Positions 9,608-23,180 are shown, counted from the first letter of the stretch. The stretch is DNA of 64,000 nucleotides from an uncultured Actinomycetota bacterium (GCA_963793315.1 CAWBZR010000006.1:218141-282140); one strand, 5' to 3'. Program-made: numbers and translations. The notes: generated from the sequence alone by a model not told the origin.

Positions 9608-11261
9608 TCAGAGCCCCAGCGCCGCGGTGGCGTCGGCACCGAGCGCGTCCAGCCTGGCCGCGGCCGAGATGCGGGCCGCGTCGACCCCGGCCTCCGGGTC
9701 GACGGGGACGACCACCTCGAGGTAGCACTTGAGCTTGGGCTCGGTGCCGCTCGGGCGGACGACGACGCGGGCACCGTCGGCGAGGTGGAACCGCAGCCCG
9801 TCGGTGGGCGGCAGGTCGGCGCTGCCGAGCGCGAGGTCGTCGACCCGCTCGACGGCCAGACCGCCGAGCTCGGTGGGCGGGGCGGCGCGCAGCCGCTCCA
9901 TGGCGGCGGCGATGAGCGACAGGTCGGCGACCCGCACGGAGACCTGGTCGGTGGCGTGCAGGCCGTGCTCGAGCGCGAGGTCGTCGAGGACGTCGACCAG
10001 GACGCGGCCGGCCGCCTTGGTCTGGGCGGCGAGCTCGCAGAGGAGCAGCAGGGCCGAGACACCGTCCTTGTCCTTCACGTGCTCGGGGTCGCAGCAGTAG
10101 CCGAGCGCCTCCTCGTAGCCGAAGGCCAGGTCCGGCACTCGGCCGATCCACTTGAAGCCGGTCAGCGTCTCGACGTACGGCTGGCCCGCGGCGGCCGCCA
10201 TCCGCCCGAGCAGGCTCGAGGAGACGATCGAGGTCGCCCACGTGCCGGTGCGGCCGCGCGCCATCAGGTGGTGCGCGAGCAGGGCGCCCACCTCGTCGCC
10301 GCGGAGCATCCGCCAGCCCGTTCCCCGTCGGTACGGCGGCCGCGCAGCGGTCGGCGTCGGGGTCGTTGGCAACGACGAGGTCGGCGCCGTGCTCGGCTGC
10401 CAGCGCCAGGGCGAGGTCCATCGCGCCCGGCTCCTCGGGGTTGGGGAACGCGACCGTCGGGAAGTCGGGGTCGGGCTGCTCCTGCTGCTCGACCACCCGC
10501 GGGGCGCTGAAGCCGGCGGTCTCGAGGACCTGGAGCACCGGCGCGGCACCGACGCCGTGCAGCGGCGTGTAGACGAGGTCGAGGTCGCGCGGACCGTCCT
10601 CGGCGAGCTCGGCGATGGTGTCGAGGTAGCGGTCGACGATGTGCTCCCCGAGGACGGTGCCTCCTGGGCCGCGCGGCACGTCCTCGAGCGGCCCGACCGC
10701 GTCGATCTTCGCAGCGATCCCGGCGTCGGCGGGCGGCACGATCTGGCTGCCGTCGCCGAGGTAGACCTTGTAGCCGTTGTCCTGGGGCGGGTTGTGGCTC
10801 GCGGTGACCATCACGCCGGCCGCACAGCCGAGCTCGCGGATCGCGAAGGCGACCACCGGCGTCGGCAGCGGCCGCGGCATCACCCACACCTTGAACCCCG
10901 CGCCCGACATGACCTCGGCGGTGTCGCGGGCGAAGTCGTCGCTGCGGTGGCGTGCGTCGAAGCCGACGACCACGGGCCCGGTGGCGCCCTGCTCCTGCAG
11001 ATAGGCCGCCAGCCCGGCCGCGGCGCGGATCACGACCACCCGGTTCATCCGGTTGGGGCCCGCGCCGACCGCTCCTCGCAGCCCCGCCGTGCCGAACTCG
11101 AGGGTCCCCGCGAACCGGTCGGCCAGATCGGCCGCGTCGGCGCCGCCCGCGACGTCGGCGATGATCTGCTCCAGCTCGTTGCGCGTCAGGTCGTCTGGGT
11201 CCTCGGCCGCCCAGGCGCGGGCACGCTCCAGCAGGACGTCGGTGGCCGCTGAGGTCGTCAT
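9608..11261 (-). CDS. Phospho-sugar mutase (phosphopentomutase/phosphomannomutase; frameshift near 10320)
   Basis: FGTAGLRG, TASHNP, DPDADR, GYEEALGY and RPSGTEPK motifs. Confidence 0.93.
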
Positions 11262-11283
11262 GCAGGCACCTTAGTGTCGACTC

Positions 11284-11838
11284 GTGACCGACCGACCGCC
11301 CGTCGCCGGGCTGATCGCCGAGCTGGCGGTCCGGCTCGGCGTGCCCCGGTTCGTGGCCGTCTGCACCGACCTGATGGCGGGGGCGGACCGCGAGGAGTAC
11401 GTCGAGGAGCTCCGCGGCCTCACCGGCCACGACTCGCACCCGGGCGACGGAGTCCTCGACCGCGACTCCTGGCACGACTACTGGGTGCGCACGTGGGGCG
11501 CCCGGGGGCTCCTGCACGTCTGGGACGACGTCGCGACGAGTGCGGTCGTCCGCGGGCTGGCCGACGAGCACTGGCGGCCGGCCGAGATGTGCCTCAAGGT
11601 CGCTGCCAAGCACGAGGTCGCCGGCGCGGGCGACGGGGCCGCAGCCCTCGCCGACCACGAGCTGCCGCGGGTGCGGGCGCAGGCGATGCGGGCGCTGGCG
11701 GTGGTGGGCGACAGCGAGCACCTGGGCGTCGTACGCGACCGGCTCGACGACGAGGACGCCGAGGTGCGCAAGCAGGCTGCTCGCGCCCTCGACGCCTTGC
11801 TGATGAAGTTGGACCGGCCAGGAGGTGCGGTTCAGTGA
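11284..11838 (+). CDS. HEAT repeat protein
   Basis: Repeated L.D....VR..A..AL motifs. Confidence 0.8.
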   Translation: MTDRPPVAGLIAELAVRLGVPRFVAVCTDLMAGADREEYVEELRGLTGHDSHPGDGVLDRDSWHDYWVRTWGARGLLHVWDDVATSAVVRGLADEHWRPAEMCLKVAAKHEVAGAGDGAAALADHELPRVRAQAMRALAVVGDSEHLGVVRDRLDDEDAEVRKQAARALDALLMKLDRPGGAVQ

Positions 11839-11895
11839 AGGGTCCGCGACACATTCACGTATGAGCAGGTGCCGCGGCTGCGGCGCGTGGGCAGA

Positions 11896-11959
11896 GCGCC
11901 GAGTCGGCGCTACGGCCGACGCGGGCCTTCGGCGCCGGCAGCAGTACCGCCGACTCGGC
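11896..11959. repeat. Inverted repeat GCCGAGTCGGCG / CGCCGACTCGGC between convergent genes
   Basis: Complementary 12-bp arms at about 11898 and 11948; each arm is itself near-palindromic. Confidence 0.6.
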
Positions 11960-11970
11960 TTGTGTGATCG

Positions 11971-12966
11971 CTACGCGTTCACGCTGCTCATGTCGACGTA
12001 GCGGGCGCCGACCACCGCGTCGCGCGGGACCGCGGTCTCCAGCGCCTTGAGGTCGTCGTCGGTCAGCTCGACCTCGGTGGCGCCGACGTTCTCCTCGAGG
12101 TAGGCGACCCGCTTGGTGCCCGGGATCGGAGCGACGTCCTCGCCCTGGGCGAGCACCCAGGCGAGGGCGAGCTGGCCGGGCGTGCAGCCGTGCTCCGCTG
12201 CGAGCGCCTTGACCTTCTCGACCAGGGCGAGGTTGGCGTCCAAGGCCTCACCCGCGAACCGGGGGAACAGCCGCCCGCTGGCGCGGGAGTCGTCGGCGTC
12301 CAGCGACTCCCTCGTCACCGCACCGGTGAGGATGCCGCGGCCGAGCGGGGAGTAGGGCACCAGGCCGATGCCCAGCCCGCGCAGCGTCGGGAGGATCTCG
12401 TCCTCGAGGTCCCTGGTGAACAGCGAGTACTCGGACTGCAGGGCCGTGATCGGATGGACGGCGTGCGCCCGGCGGATCGTGTCGGCCGCCGCCTCGGAGA
12501 GGCCGAGGTGGCGGACCTTGCCGGCCTCGACGAGCTCCTTCATGGCGCCGACGGTCTCCTCGATGGGGACGGTCTTGTCCACGCGGTGCTGGTAGTAGAG
12601 GTCGATGTGGTCCACGCCCAGCCGCTCGAGCGAGGCGTCGCAGGCCCGGCGGACGTAGTCCGGGGAGCCGTTGATGCCGATCCAGCTGCCGTCCGGATTG
12701 CGCTCGTTGCCGAACTTCGTGGCGAGCTGGACCTCGTCGCGCCGGCCGGCGATCGCCTTGCCGACCAGCTGCTCGTTGGTGAAGGGGCCATACATGTCGG
12801 CGGTGTCGAGGAAGGTCACGCCGAGGTCGAGGGCCCGGTGGATGGTGTCGATGCCGGTCTGCTCGTCGGTGGTGCCGTAGAACTCCGACATCCCCATGCA
12901 GCCCAGGCCGAGCTGGGAGACTTCGAGGGCGGACGTCGTGCCGAGGGTGCGTGTCTTGAGTGCCAT
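11971..12966 (-). CDS. Aldo/keto reductase
   Basis: [27 protein letters not shown] and PIPGTKR motifs. Confidence 0.95.
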   Translation of the reverse strand: MALKTRTLGTTSALEVSQLGLGCMGMSEFYGTTDEQTGIDTIHRALDLGVTFLDTADMYGPFTNEQLVGKAIAGRRDEVQLATKFGNERNPDGSWIGINGSPDYVRRACDASLERLGVDHIDLYYQHRVDKTVPIEETVGAMKELVEAGKVRHLGLSEAAADTIRRAHAVHPITALQSEYSLFTRDLEDEILPTLRGLGIGLVPYSPLGRGILTGAVTRESLDADDSRASGRLFPRFAGEALDANLALVEKVKALAAEHGCTPGQLALAWVLAQGEDVAPIPGTKRVAYLEENVGATEVELTDDDLKALETAVPRDAVVGARYVDMSSVNA

Positions 12967-12982
12967 GTCCACCACTGAACCC

Positions 12983-13004
12983 CTTGGAGTGCGCTCCAGG
13001 TCAA
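12983..13004 (-). promoter_or_regulatory. MerR-type promoter/operator upstream of the aldo/keto reductase
   Basis: Minus strand: TTGACC -35 overlapping the dyad CCTGGAGCGCACTCCAAG. Confidence 0.85.
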
Positions 13005-13026
13005 GCGCAGCTGCTCCGGCGGCTGG

Positions 13027-13410
13027 TCAGGCGGCTGGTTCGGCGTTGAGCCGGTCCTCGTAGATCCCGATCTTGTAGTCGATCGCACCGAGGTGGTCCT
13101 GCACCTCGGCGAGCCTGGCGAGCACCACCTGGCGGTGGGCGCGCAGCAGGTCGAGCCGCTCCTGCTCGTTGCCCTCGCCGGCGCGGACCAGGTCGGCGTA
13201 GCGGCGTACGTCGCGGATCGGCATGCCGGTCGAGCGCAGCTTGGTGATCAGCTGGATCCAGTGGAGGTCGTCGTCGGCGTACTGCCGGTGGCCAGAGGCG
13301 GACCGCGGGACCGAGCGCAGCATCAGCCCGTCGCGCTCGTAGTAGCGCAGCGTGTCGGCGGTCAGGCCGGTGACGTCGGCGGCCTCGGCGATGGAGAGTC
13401 CCTGTGGCAT
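13027..13410 (-). CDS. MerR family (AdhR/NmlR-like) transcriptional regulator
   Basis: SIAEAA..TGLTADTLRYYERDGL, RSASGHRQY and LRSTGMPI motifs. Confidence 0.93.
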   Translation of the reverse strand: MPQGLSIAEAADVTGLTADTLRYYERDGLMLRSVPRSASGHRQYADDDLHWIQLITKLRSTGMPIRDVRRYADLVRAGEGNEQERLDLLRAHRQVVLARLAEVQDHLGAIDYKIGIYEDRLNAEPAA

Positions 13411-13425
13411 GGTCCCAGTGTCACC

Positions 13426-13447
13426 CTTGGAGTGCACTCAAAGTCAA
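13426..13447 (-). promoter_or_regulatory. MerR-type autoregulatory promoter/operator
   Basis: Minus strand: TTGACT -35 overlapping the dyad CTTTGAGTGCACTCCAAG, 19-bp spacer to GACACT. Confidence 0.85.
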
Positions 13448-13540
13448 CACGGGGGTTGGGCGGCCGCCAGCGGCTTCCGCTCCGCGTTCGCCGACGCTGC
13501 GCCCCGACGCACTCAAGGTCAAGACAGGGCCAGGACAGGA

Positions 13541-14363
13541 TCAAGACCGGTCGAGCGCGGGCCGCTCCATCGACTCCTCGAGGTAGGGCCCGCCCACGTG
13601 GGCGTTCTCGGCGGCGTCCTCCGGGCGCGGCTCGATGCGGTCCGCCCAGTCCTCGGCGTCGTCCTGCGGGTCGTAGCCGAGGGCCCGGCCCGGGCGCGAG
13701 GTCCCACCAGCCGCGGGTGTTGCGGGAGATGCCGTAGAGGACCGCGAAGCCGGGGGCCGGCGCGGTGAGCGCGGCCTCGACCATCCGCACGCAGTCGTCG
13801 TGGGAGAGCCAGGTGGCGAGGGCGCGGGTCGTGGTCGGTTCGGCCCGGAACGAGCCGATCCGGCAGCTGACCACGTCGAGGCCGTGCCGGTCGGAGTAGA
13901 GGCTCATCAGCGTCTCCGCCGCGGCCTTGGCGACGCCGTAGTAGGTGTCAGGCCGCAGCCGGGTCTCGACCGGCAGCAGGCCGTCGGGCAGCCCGGCCCG
14001 TGGCGTGCGGCCGACCGCGTGGTTGGAGCCGCCGTAGACCAGGCGGCGGACGCCGTGCTCGACCATCGCGTCGAGCAGTGCCGCGGTGGTGACGACGTGG
14101 GAGGTGAGCGAGTCGGGCAGCGAGAGCTCGCCCGGGTGGCCGGCCATGTGCACCACCGCGTCGACGCTCGACTCGGCGAACTCCGCCTCGAAGACGTCCG
14201 CGACCGCATCCGGGTCGGCGCAGTCGGCGGTGTGCCAGGCACCGCCCATCCCGTCGGGCTGCGGGACCAGGTCGAGCCCCACCACCTCGTGGCCGCGGTC
14301 CGCCAGCCCCACGGAGAGGACCCGGCCGATGCTGCCGGCGGCGCCGGTCAGGAGTACACGCAC
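13541..14363 (-). CDS. NAD-dependent epimerase/dehydratase (uronate dehydrogenase-like; frameshift near 13690)
   Basis: TGAAGSIG, SNHAVG, PDTYYGVAK, RIGSF and WLSHDD motifs. Confidence 0.88.
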
Positions 14364-14372
14364 GGCAGGAGG

Positions 14373-15548
14373 CTACTGGCCCAGTCGCTCGGGCTCGACG
14401 CCGTACCTCGCGCTGTAGCCGCGGAAGCGCGCCCGGATGCCGGCCTCGGTCAGGCCGAACTCGCCGACGTCGTAGGAATGTGAGCCGAACTCGCGACGTG
14501 GGTGCTCGACGAGGTAGCGCTCCGCGCCGGGGAAGGCACCGATCCCCGGGTCGAGCCCGAGGCTGTCGTAGAGCGCCATGAGGGTGCCGAGGGGGTCGCG
14601 GGCCAGGTCGGCGTAGGCGACGTCGAGGATCGGGTGCTCGGGGCGGACGGCGCGGAAGTCGTCGATGCGGTGCACCGACTCCTCGAGAGTGTCCTGCCAG
14701 TGCTCGGCGATGTAGGCACGGTGGTCGGCGTCGGAGAACGTGCTCGACATGACCTGGATGAGGCTGCACACCGAGCCGACCAGCGCGACCGGGTCGCGGT
14801 GGAGCAGCACCAGCCGGGCGTCCGGGTAGGTGTCCACCAGGGCGTCGAGGGCCAGGGCGTGGTGCGGGCTCTTCAGGGTCCAGCGGCCACGGACGCCGCC
14901 GCTCTGCAGGACCTGGAGGACCAGCCGGTGGTAGTCGTAGGCCGGCCGGTCGTCGGCGGCCCGCCACCACGCGCCATACGTCGGGACGTTGGCGATCGCC
15001 TCCCAGCTGATGCTCTGGAAGGCCTGGCCCATCACCGCGATGCACTCGGTCGGGTCGACGGCCGTCTCATGGTGGATGGCGCTGATCGCCGGGTTGAGCA
15101 GCTCGAGCATGTCGACGCCACCCTGGGCTGCCTCCACGCGCGGGCCGCTGCGGCGCAGGTCGGGGGTGGGCGGGGGAGCGGAGTCCTGCGACTCCCAGCC
15201 CAGCAGGGCGCGGTTGAGCGGGTCCTGGTCGAGCAGGTGGGAGAGGAACGTCGTGCCCGCCCGGAACATGCCGATCACCACGACCGGTGCCTCGATGCGC
15301 TCCGTCTGGACCTCGGGGTGCCGCTTGACCCAGTCGATGACCTTGAGCCGGTTGACCAGTGCGGCGGTCACGGCTGGGGGGAGCGCGATCCTGCCGAGCT
15401 CGTTGAGCCGGGCCTCCCGTTCGAGGCTGTCGACGTAGACCTCGAGGCCCTCGCGGAAGCTGAGCACGCTGCTCGGGAGCAGGTCGCCTCCGAAGTCGTC
15501 CAGCCCGGTCTGCTGGACCGCGGCCGCGACGATCTCGTCGACGTTCAC
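14373..15548 (-). CDS. Sulfotransferase family protein
   Basis: PVVVIGMFRAGTTFL (PAPS-binding loop), LKSPHH and LLHRDP motifs. Confidence 0.9.
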   Translation of the reverse strand: MNVDEIVAAAVQQTGLDDFGGDLLPSSVLSFREGLEVYVDSLEREARLNELGRIALPPAVTAALVNRLKVIDWVKRHPEVQTERIEAPVVVIGMFRAGTTFLSHLLDQDPLNRALLGWESQDSAPPPTPDLRRSGPRVEAAQGGVDMLELLNPAISAIHHETAVDPTECIAVMGQAFQSISWEAIANVPTYGAWWRAADDRPAYDYHRLVLQVLQSGGVRGRWTLKSPHHALALDALVDTYPDARLVLLHRDPVALVGSVCSLIQVMSSTFSDADHRAYIAEHWQDTLEESVHRIDDFRAVRPEHPILDVAYADLARDPLGTLMALYDSLGLDPGIGAFPGAERYLVEHPRREFGSHSYDVGEFGLTEAGIRARFRGYSARYGVEPERLGQ

Positions 15549-16582
15549 CGCGTGGAGCCGATCGACAGGTCCACGACGGTGCGGCCGGAGGTGCGACGGG
15601 CGGCGTGGTCGCCGAGAGCTGCGCCGACCCCGTCGAGCGAGACGGTCCGCCCGACGACCGGACGGATGCTGCCGGCCGCGACCAGCCCGAGCAGGTGCTC
15701 GTGCACCCGCTGGCCGACCTCGGGCGGGAAGCCGTTGATGCCGAACCGGCGGAAGTCGCGCGGGGTGTCGAGGTAGGCCAGCAGCACGCCCATGACGGTC
15801 ATGTTGGCCATCGACAGCTTGCGCAGGGCCCGGCCCGTCAGACCGGACTCCGGGTCGTCGTTGAAGCCGACCGCCAGGTAGCGGCCGCCGAGGGTGCCGC
15901 AGGTCCACAGCATCTCGGTCTGGTCGCCGCCGATCGGGTCGAAGATGACGTCGGCGCCGCGGTCGCCGGTCTCGTCCATCACCACCTCGAAGACGTCCTC
16001 GGAGGTGTGGCTGACCGCCCTGGTCGCGCCGAGCTCGAGGCAGAGCGCCACCTTCTCGGGGCCACCGGCGACAGCGATGACCCGGGCGCCCGCCGCGACC
16101 GCGAGCTGGATCGCCGCCGTACCGACCGCGCTGGCGCCGCCGCGCACCAGGACGGTCTCGCCCTCGCGGAGCCGCGCACGCTCGTGGAGGGCCAGGTGGG
16201 AGACGTGGAAGGGCAGCGTGAACGCCGCCGCCTCGACATCGCCGAGCTCGGGTGGCGCCGCCCACCACGATCCCGCCAGCGCCTGGTCGGCGAGGCCGCC
16301 CGTCGCCTGCGGCGTGATGCCGACGACCCGCCGGCCGACCCAGTCCTCATTGCCCGGTCCGGCGGCGTCGACGGTGCCGCAGACATCCATGCCGAGGGTG
16401 AACGGCGGCTGAGCCAGCACTGCCGCGACACCGCCGCGGCACCGGGCGATGTCGCCGAAGTTGAGCGAGGCGGCGCTGACGGCCACCCGGACCTGGCCGG
16501 GGCCGGGCTCGGGGACCTCGACGTCCTCGACCGTGACCACGTCCGCCGGCTCACCGTGGCGAAGCACCCTGGCTGCCCTCAC
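15545..16582 (-). CDS. NADPH:quinone oxidoreductase (MDR family)
   Basis: PEPGPGQVRV, SLNFGD, GGASAVG and DVIFDPIGG motifs. Confidence 0.9.
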   Translation of the reverse strand: MRAARVLRHGEPADVVTVEDVEVPEPGPGQVRVAVSAASLNFGDIARCRGGVAAVLAQPPFTLGMDVCGTVDAAGPGNEDWVGRRVVGITPQATGGLADQALAGSWWAAPPELGDVEAAAFTLPFHVSHLALHERARLREGETVLVRGGASAVGTAAIQLAVAAGARVIAVAGGPEKVALCLELGATRAVSHTSEDVFEVVMDETGDRGADVIFDPIGGDQTEMLWTCGTLGGRYLAVGFNDDPESGLTGRALRKLSMANMTVMGVLLAYLDTPRDFRRFGINGFPPEVGQRVHEHLLGLVAAGSIRPVVGRTVSLDGVGAALGDHAARRTSGRTVVDLSIGSTR

Positions 16583-16586
16583 GGGA

Positions 16587-17389
16587 TCACAGCCGAGGGA
16601 CGACCTGGGAGAGGAGGGAGCCCATCCTCGCCGCGGCCGCCTTGCCGGCCTCGAGGACCTCCTCGTGGTTGAGCGGCTGCGTCGCTGATGCCCGCCGCCA
16701 GGTTGGTGACCAGGCTGATGCCGAGGATCTCCATCCCGGCCTCGCGGGCGGCGATCGCCTCGAGGGTGGTGCTCATGCCGACCAGTTGCCCGCCGAGCAC
16801 TCCGGCCATGCGCACCTCGGCCGGGGTCTCGTAGTGCGGCCCGGGGAACTGCACGTAGACGCCCTCGTCGAGGCTCGGGTCCACCTCGCGGCACAGGGCG
16901 CGGAGCCGGGCGCTGTAGAGGTCGGTCAGGTCGACGAAGTTGGCGCCCTCGATCGGCGAGCGGCCGGTGAGGTTGATGTGGTCGCTGATCAGCACCGGCG
17001 TCCCCGGCGTCCAGCTCTCCTTGAGCCCGCCGCAGCCGTTGGTGAGCACGATGGCGCGGCAGCCGGCCTTGGCCGCGGTGCGGACGCCGTGCACGACCGC
17101 GGCGACGCCCTTGCCCTCGTAGTAGTGGGTGCGGCTGAGGAAGACCAGCGCCCGCAGGTCGCCGACCTGGACCGAGCGGATCTTGCCCGGAGTGGCCGGC
17201 CACCGCGGCGGCGCTGAACCCGGGCAGGTCGGTGGTGGCGACCTCGGCCACGGTCTCGCCCAGCATCTCGGCGGCGGGCAGCCAGCCGGAGCCCAGGACC
17301 AGGGCCACGTCGTGGCGCTCCACCCCGCTCAGCTCGGCGAGCTTCTCCGCGGCCTGGCCGGCCAGGTCGTAAGGCGACACGTCGTTCAC
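16587..17389 (-). CDS. punA: Purine-nucleoside phosphorylase (two frameshifts)
   Basis: LVLGSGW, RTHYYEG, LTNGCGG, GPHYETPAE, VGMST and SLVTNLAAG motifs. Confidence 0.93.
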
Positions 17390-17413
17390 CCGCCAGACCC
17401 TACGTGTGTCGCC

Positions 17414-17794
17414 ATGCTCGATCACGTCGGCATCAACTGCTCCGACCTCCCCGCCGCGGCGGCCTTCTACGACAAGGTGCTGGGCGCCCTCGGGTTCACG
17501 CCGGCTCATGGACTTCGAGGTGGCCATCGGCTACGGCACCGCCAAGCCGCGACTTCTGGATCTCGGTCCAGCCCGCCGAAGGCCCCGCTGCCGGGCCCAA
17601 CCGCGAGATCCACGTCGCCTTCCCGGCCCAGGACGCCGCTGCGGTGCGGGCGTTCTTCGAGGCCGCCGCGGTCGCTGGGCGCCGAGGTGCTGCACGAGCC
17701 GCGGTTCTGGCCGGAGTACCACGAGGCCTACTACGGCGCCTTCGTCCGCGACCCCGACGGCAACAACGTCGAGGCGGTCTGCCACACGGCTTGA
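17414..17794 (+). CDS. VOC/glyoxalase family protein (frameshifts)
   Basis: MLDHVGI, HVAF and YYGAFVRDPDGNNVEAVC motifs. Confidence 0.9.
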   Translation: MLDHVGINCSDLPAAAAFYDKVLGALGFTPAHGLRGGHRLRHRQAATSGSRSSPPKAPLPGPTARSTSPSRPRTPLRCGRSSRPPRSLGAEVLHEPRFWPEYHEAYYGAFVRDPDGNNVEAVCHTA

Positions 17795-18169
17795 TACCCC
17801 GGCGAGCTTCGGCCCGCAGTCCGCGACGACAGCTCGCTGGCGCTCGCAGGCGCCTGGCTCGCTGCGCTCGCTTCGGCGCGGTCGCCACGGCCATCGGGGC
17901 CGATCGCCGGGCGCGCGCTGCGCGCGACAAACCGGGTCGCTTCGCTCCCGTCACACTGCTGCGACCGAGCGGGTCGTGCAGTCCGCCCGGTCGCGAGCAG
18001 GGTGATGGGAGCGAAGCGACCGGGTCTTCCGCGCGCAGCGCGGCGCCCGGCGATCGGCCTGGTGGCCCCGACGACAGCCCCGGGAGCGAGCGCAAGCGAG
18101 CGAACGGGGCGTTGCGGGCGAAGCTCGCGTCGTCGGGGACATCGAGGCCGAACTTGCCGGGGTATCGAG
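17790..18169. repeat. About 380-bp imperfect palindrome / MITE-like element (D)
   Basis: Terminal arms CTTGATACCCCGGCGAGCTTCGGCC / GGCCGAACTTGCCGGGGTATCGAG with several nested complementary arms. Confidence 0.8.
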
Positions 18170-18227
18170 ACCGCGAGTGCACTCCTCGAAGCCAGGCAAG
18201 CAGGGCTCCGCGACCCAAGCTGCGGAG

Positions 18228-18681
18228 TCAGAGCCCCGTCGACCGGCAGGGCAGCGCGCGCAGCCGCAGCACGTAGTCGTCGCGGCGCGTCGGCGGCCTC
18301 GGCGGCGTCGGCCAGCACGCCGACGTACGACGCGGAGGGCAGCCCGCCCTCGTAGGCGTCGAGCACGTAGGTCCACACCACCATCTCGCCGGTCAGGGTG
18401 AAGATCCGCACCTTGGTCTTGCGGTAGAGCCCGGAGTCGGCCGCCTCCCAGCCGTCGAGCGCGGACTCGTCCTCCGTCGAGACGTCGTAGACCGCCACGA
18501 AGACCTGCTCGATCGGGTCCTGGACGATCGTCGGGAGGGCGCCGTCCCAGCCGTGCTCCTCGCCGCCGAAGGTCAGCCGCCAGCCGGTCAGCCAGCCGGT
18601 CGTCTCCAGCGGCGAGTGCGGGCAGCGCTCCACCATCCGCCCCGGGTCCATGTTGGAGCCGTAGGCGGCGTACAGGGGCAC
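18228..18681 (-). CDS. Gamma-glutamylcyclotransferase family protein (3' frameshift)
   Basis: YAAYGSNM, GWRLTFGG and LDGWE motifs. Confidence 0.9.
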
Positions 18682-18728
18682 GAGCGGAGCGTAATGCCCA
18701 GAGGAGGGTCACCAACGGACGCCACTAG

Positions 18729-21554
<2,826 letters not shown>

Positions 21555-21619
21555 GCCAGCTGAGCCCTCGGCCGACCACGGGTTTGGAGGCCGTTGCGGG
21601 GCGACCTAACCTCGTGGCA

Positions 21620-22844
21620 ATGACCCGTTCACGCCTGCTCGGGCTCGGCCTGGCGCGCCGCCCTCGTCCTCGACCTCGTCACCGTCGGCCTCCGCTGAGG
21701 AGATCGACGTCTCCGCACCGATGACCTGGACCGTGACCGGCCACGGCTGGGGCCACGGTCACGGCCTGTCGCAGTACGGCGCGCTGGGCGCGGCGAAGCA
21801 GGGACTCGGCTGGAAGCAGATCCTCGGCTTCTACTACCCCGGCACCCGGCTGGGCCGGACCCGCGGACCGATCAAGGTGCTCATCACCGCGGACAAGAAG
21901 GACGTCGTGGTCGACGCCCGCGACGGGCTGCGGCTGCGTCGTCTGGAGGGCCGGAAGAGCTTCATGCTCGCCAAGGTGCGGCCCCGAGCCACCCGGTGGC
22001 GGATCCTGCCCAGGGGCCAGAAGAGCATCGTGGAGTTCAAGGTCCGGGCCGGCTGGACGAGGTGGACTGCCTTTGCCGGCGACGCGGAGTTCACGCGCGG
22101 GCAGCCGACCGATGACGCTGCGGCTGCCCGCACCACGGCTCGGCCGACTACCGCGGGGCGCTGCGCTCGGTCGAGCACCGGACCGTCAACCTGCTGTCCC
22201 TCGACCGCTACGTGCAGGGCGTGGTCCCGCGTGAGGTGCCCGTTTCCTGGCCGGCCGACGCGGTGCGCGCGCAGGCGGTCGCGGCGCGCACCTACGCGGC
22301 CTACGAGCGGGCCAACACGACGACGTGGTACGACATCTGCGACACCACCTCCTGCCAGGTCTACGGCGGCGCGGGCGCCGAGGAACCGGCCGCCCGAGCC
22401 GCGGTGCGGGCGACTCGAGGCCGCATCGTCATCCACCAGGGCCGACCGGCGTTCACGCAGTTCTCCTCGAGCAACGGCGGCTGGAGCTCGGCGGGCTCCC
22501 AGCCCTACCTCGTTGCGCAGCCCGACCCCTACGAGGCCTCGTCCGGCAACCCGAACGCCACGTGGACGGCGACGCTGACCAGCCAGCAGATCGAGAAGAA
22601 GTGGCCGCAGCTCGGGACCCTCGGCCACGTCTCGCTGACCCGGGACGGCAACGGCGACTTCGGCGGCCGGGTCACCCGGGCGACCCTCACCGGCAGCGCC
22701 GGGTCGGTGCAGGTCACCGGCGACGACCTCCGCTACCTCATGGGCGACGACGGCCGGTCGACGTGGTTCAAGCTCGCGCCGGCGACGCCGCGCGACATGA
22801 TGAGGCAGCTGCTGAGCCTGGATTCACCGATCTCCGACGGCTGA
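21620..22844 (+). CDS. SpoIID/LytB domain cell-wall hydrolase (frameshifts)
   Basis: GHGWGHGHGLSQYGA, AQAVAARTY and DICDTTSCQVY motifs. Confidence 0.88.
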
Positions 22845-22944
22845 GCGCCACAACCCGGGGCGCTGGCGGCGTCGCGGGGACCCCGGAAAGACCTCACACC
22901 CGTCTGGTGACGCTCGCTACGCCGCGAATCGGTGAATCCAGGCT
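22815..22944 (+). mobile_element. MITE-like element family C, copy 1
   Basis: 17-bp terminal IR AGCCTGGATTCACCGAT / ATCGGTGAATCCAGGCT; interior matches the reverse complement of 53397-53554. Confidence 0.8.
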
Positions 22945-22965
22945 GAGCTGGGGTTGAGCCGCGGG

Positions 22966-23142
22966 TCAGACCGCAACGATGTTGCCCTCGATCGCCGTGC
23001 GCATCTCCGGGGAGACCTCTGCGACCCCGTGCGCCTCACGGGCGTGGGCGACCACCTGCTGCATGATCACCTCGCGGCTCTCGTCCTCGAACCGCGCCGA
23101 GCAACCCGGTACGGCGTCACCGCAGGAAAGGCTGAACTTCAT
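22966..23142 (-). CDS. DUF1059-like small metal-binding protein (58 aa, absent from ORF track)
   Basis: Translated by hand: MKFSLSCGDAVPGCSARFEDESREVIMQQVVAHAREAHGVAEVSPEMRTAIEGNIVAV; C-x6-C and H-x4-H; AGGAGG RBS. Confidence 0.88.
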   Translation of the reverse strand: MKFSLSCGDAVPGCSARFEDESREVIMQQVVAHAREAHGVAEVSPEMRTAIEGNIVAV

Positions 23143-23180
23143 GGGTTTCCTCCTGTTGGTTCGTTCCCGGGCCCAGTGCC

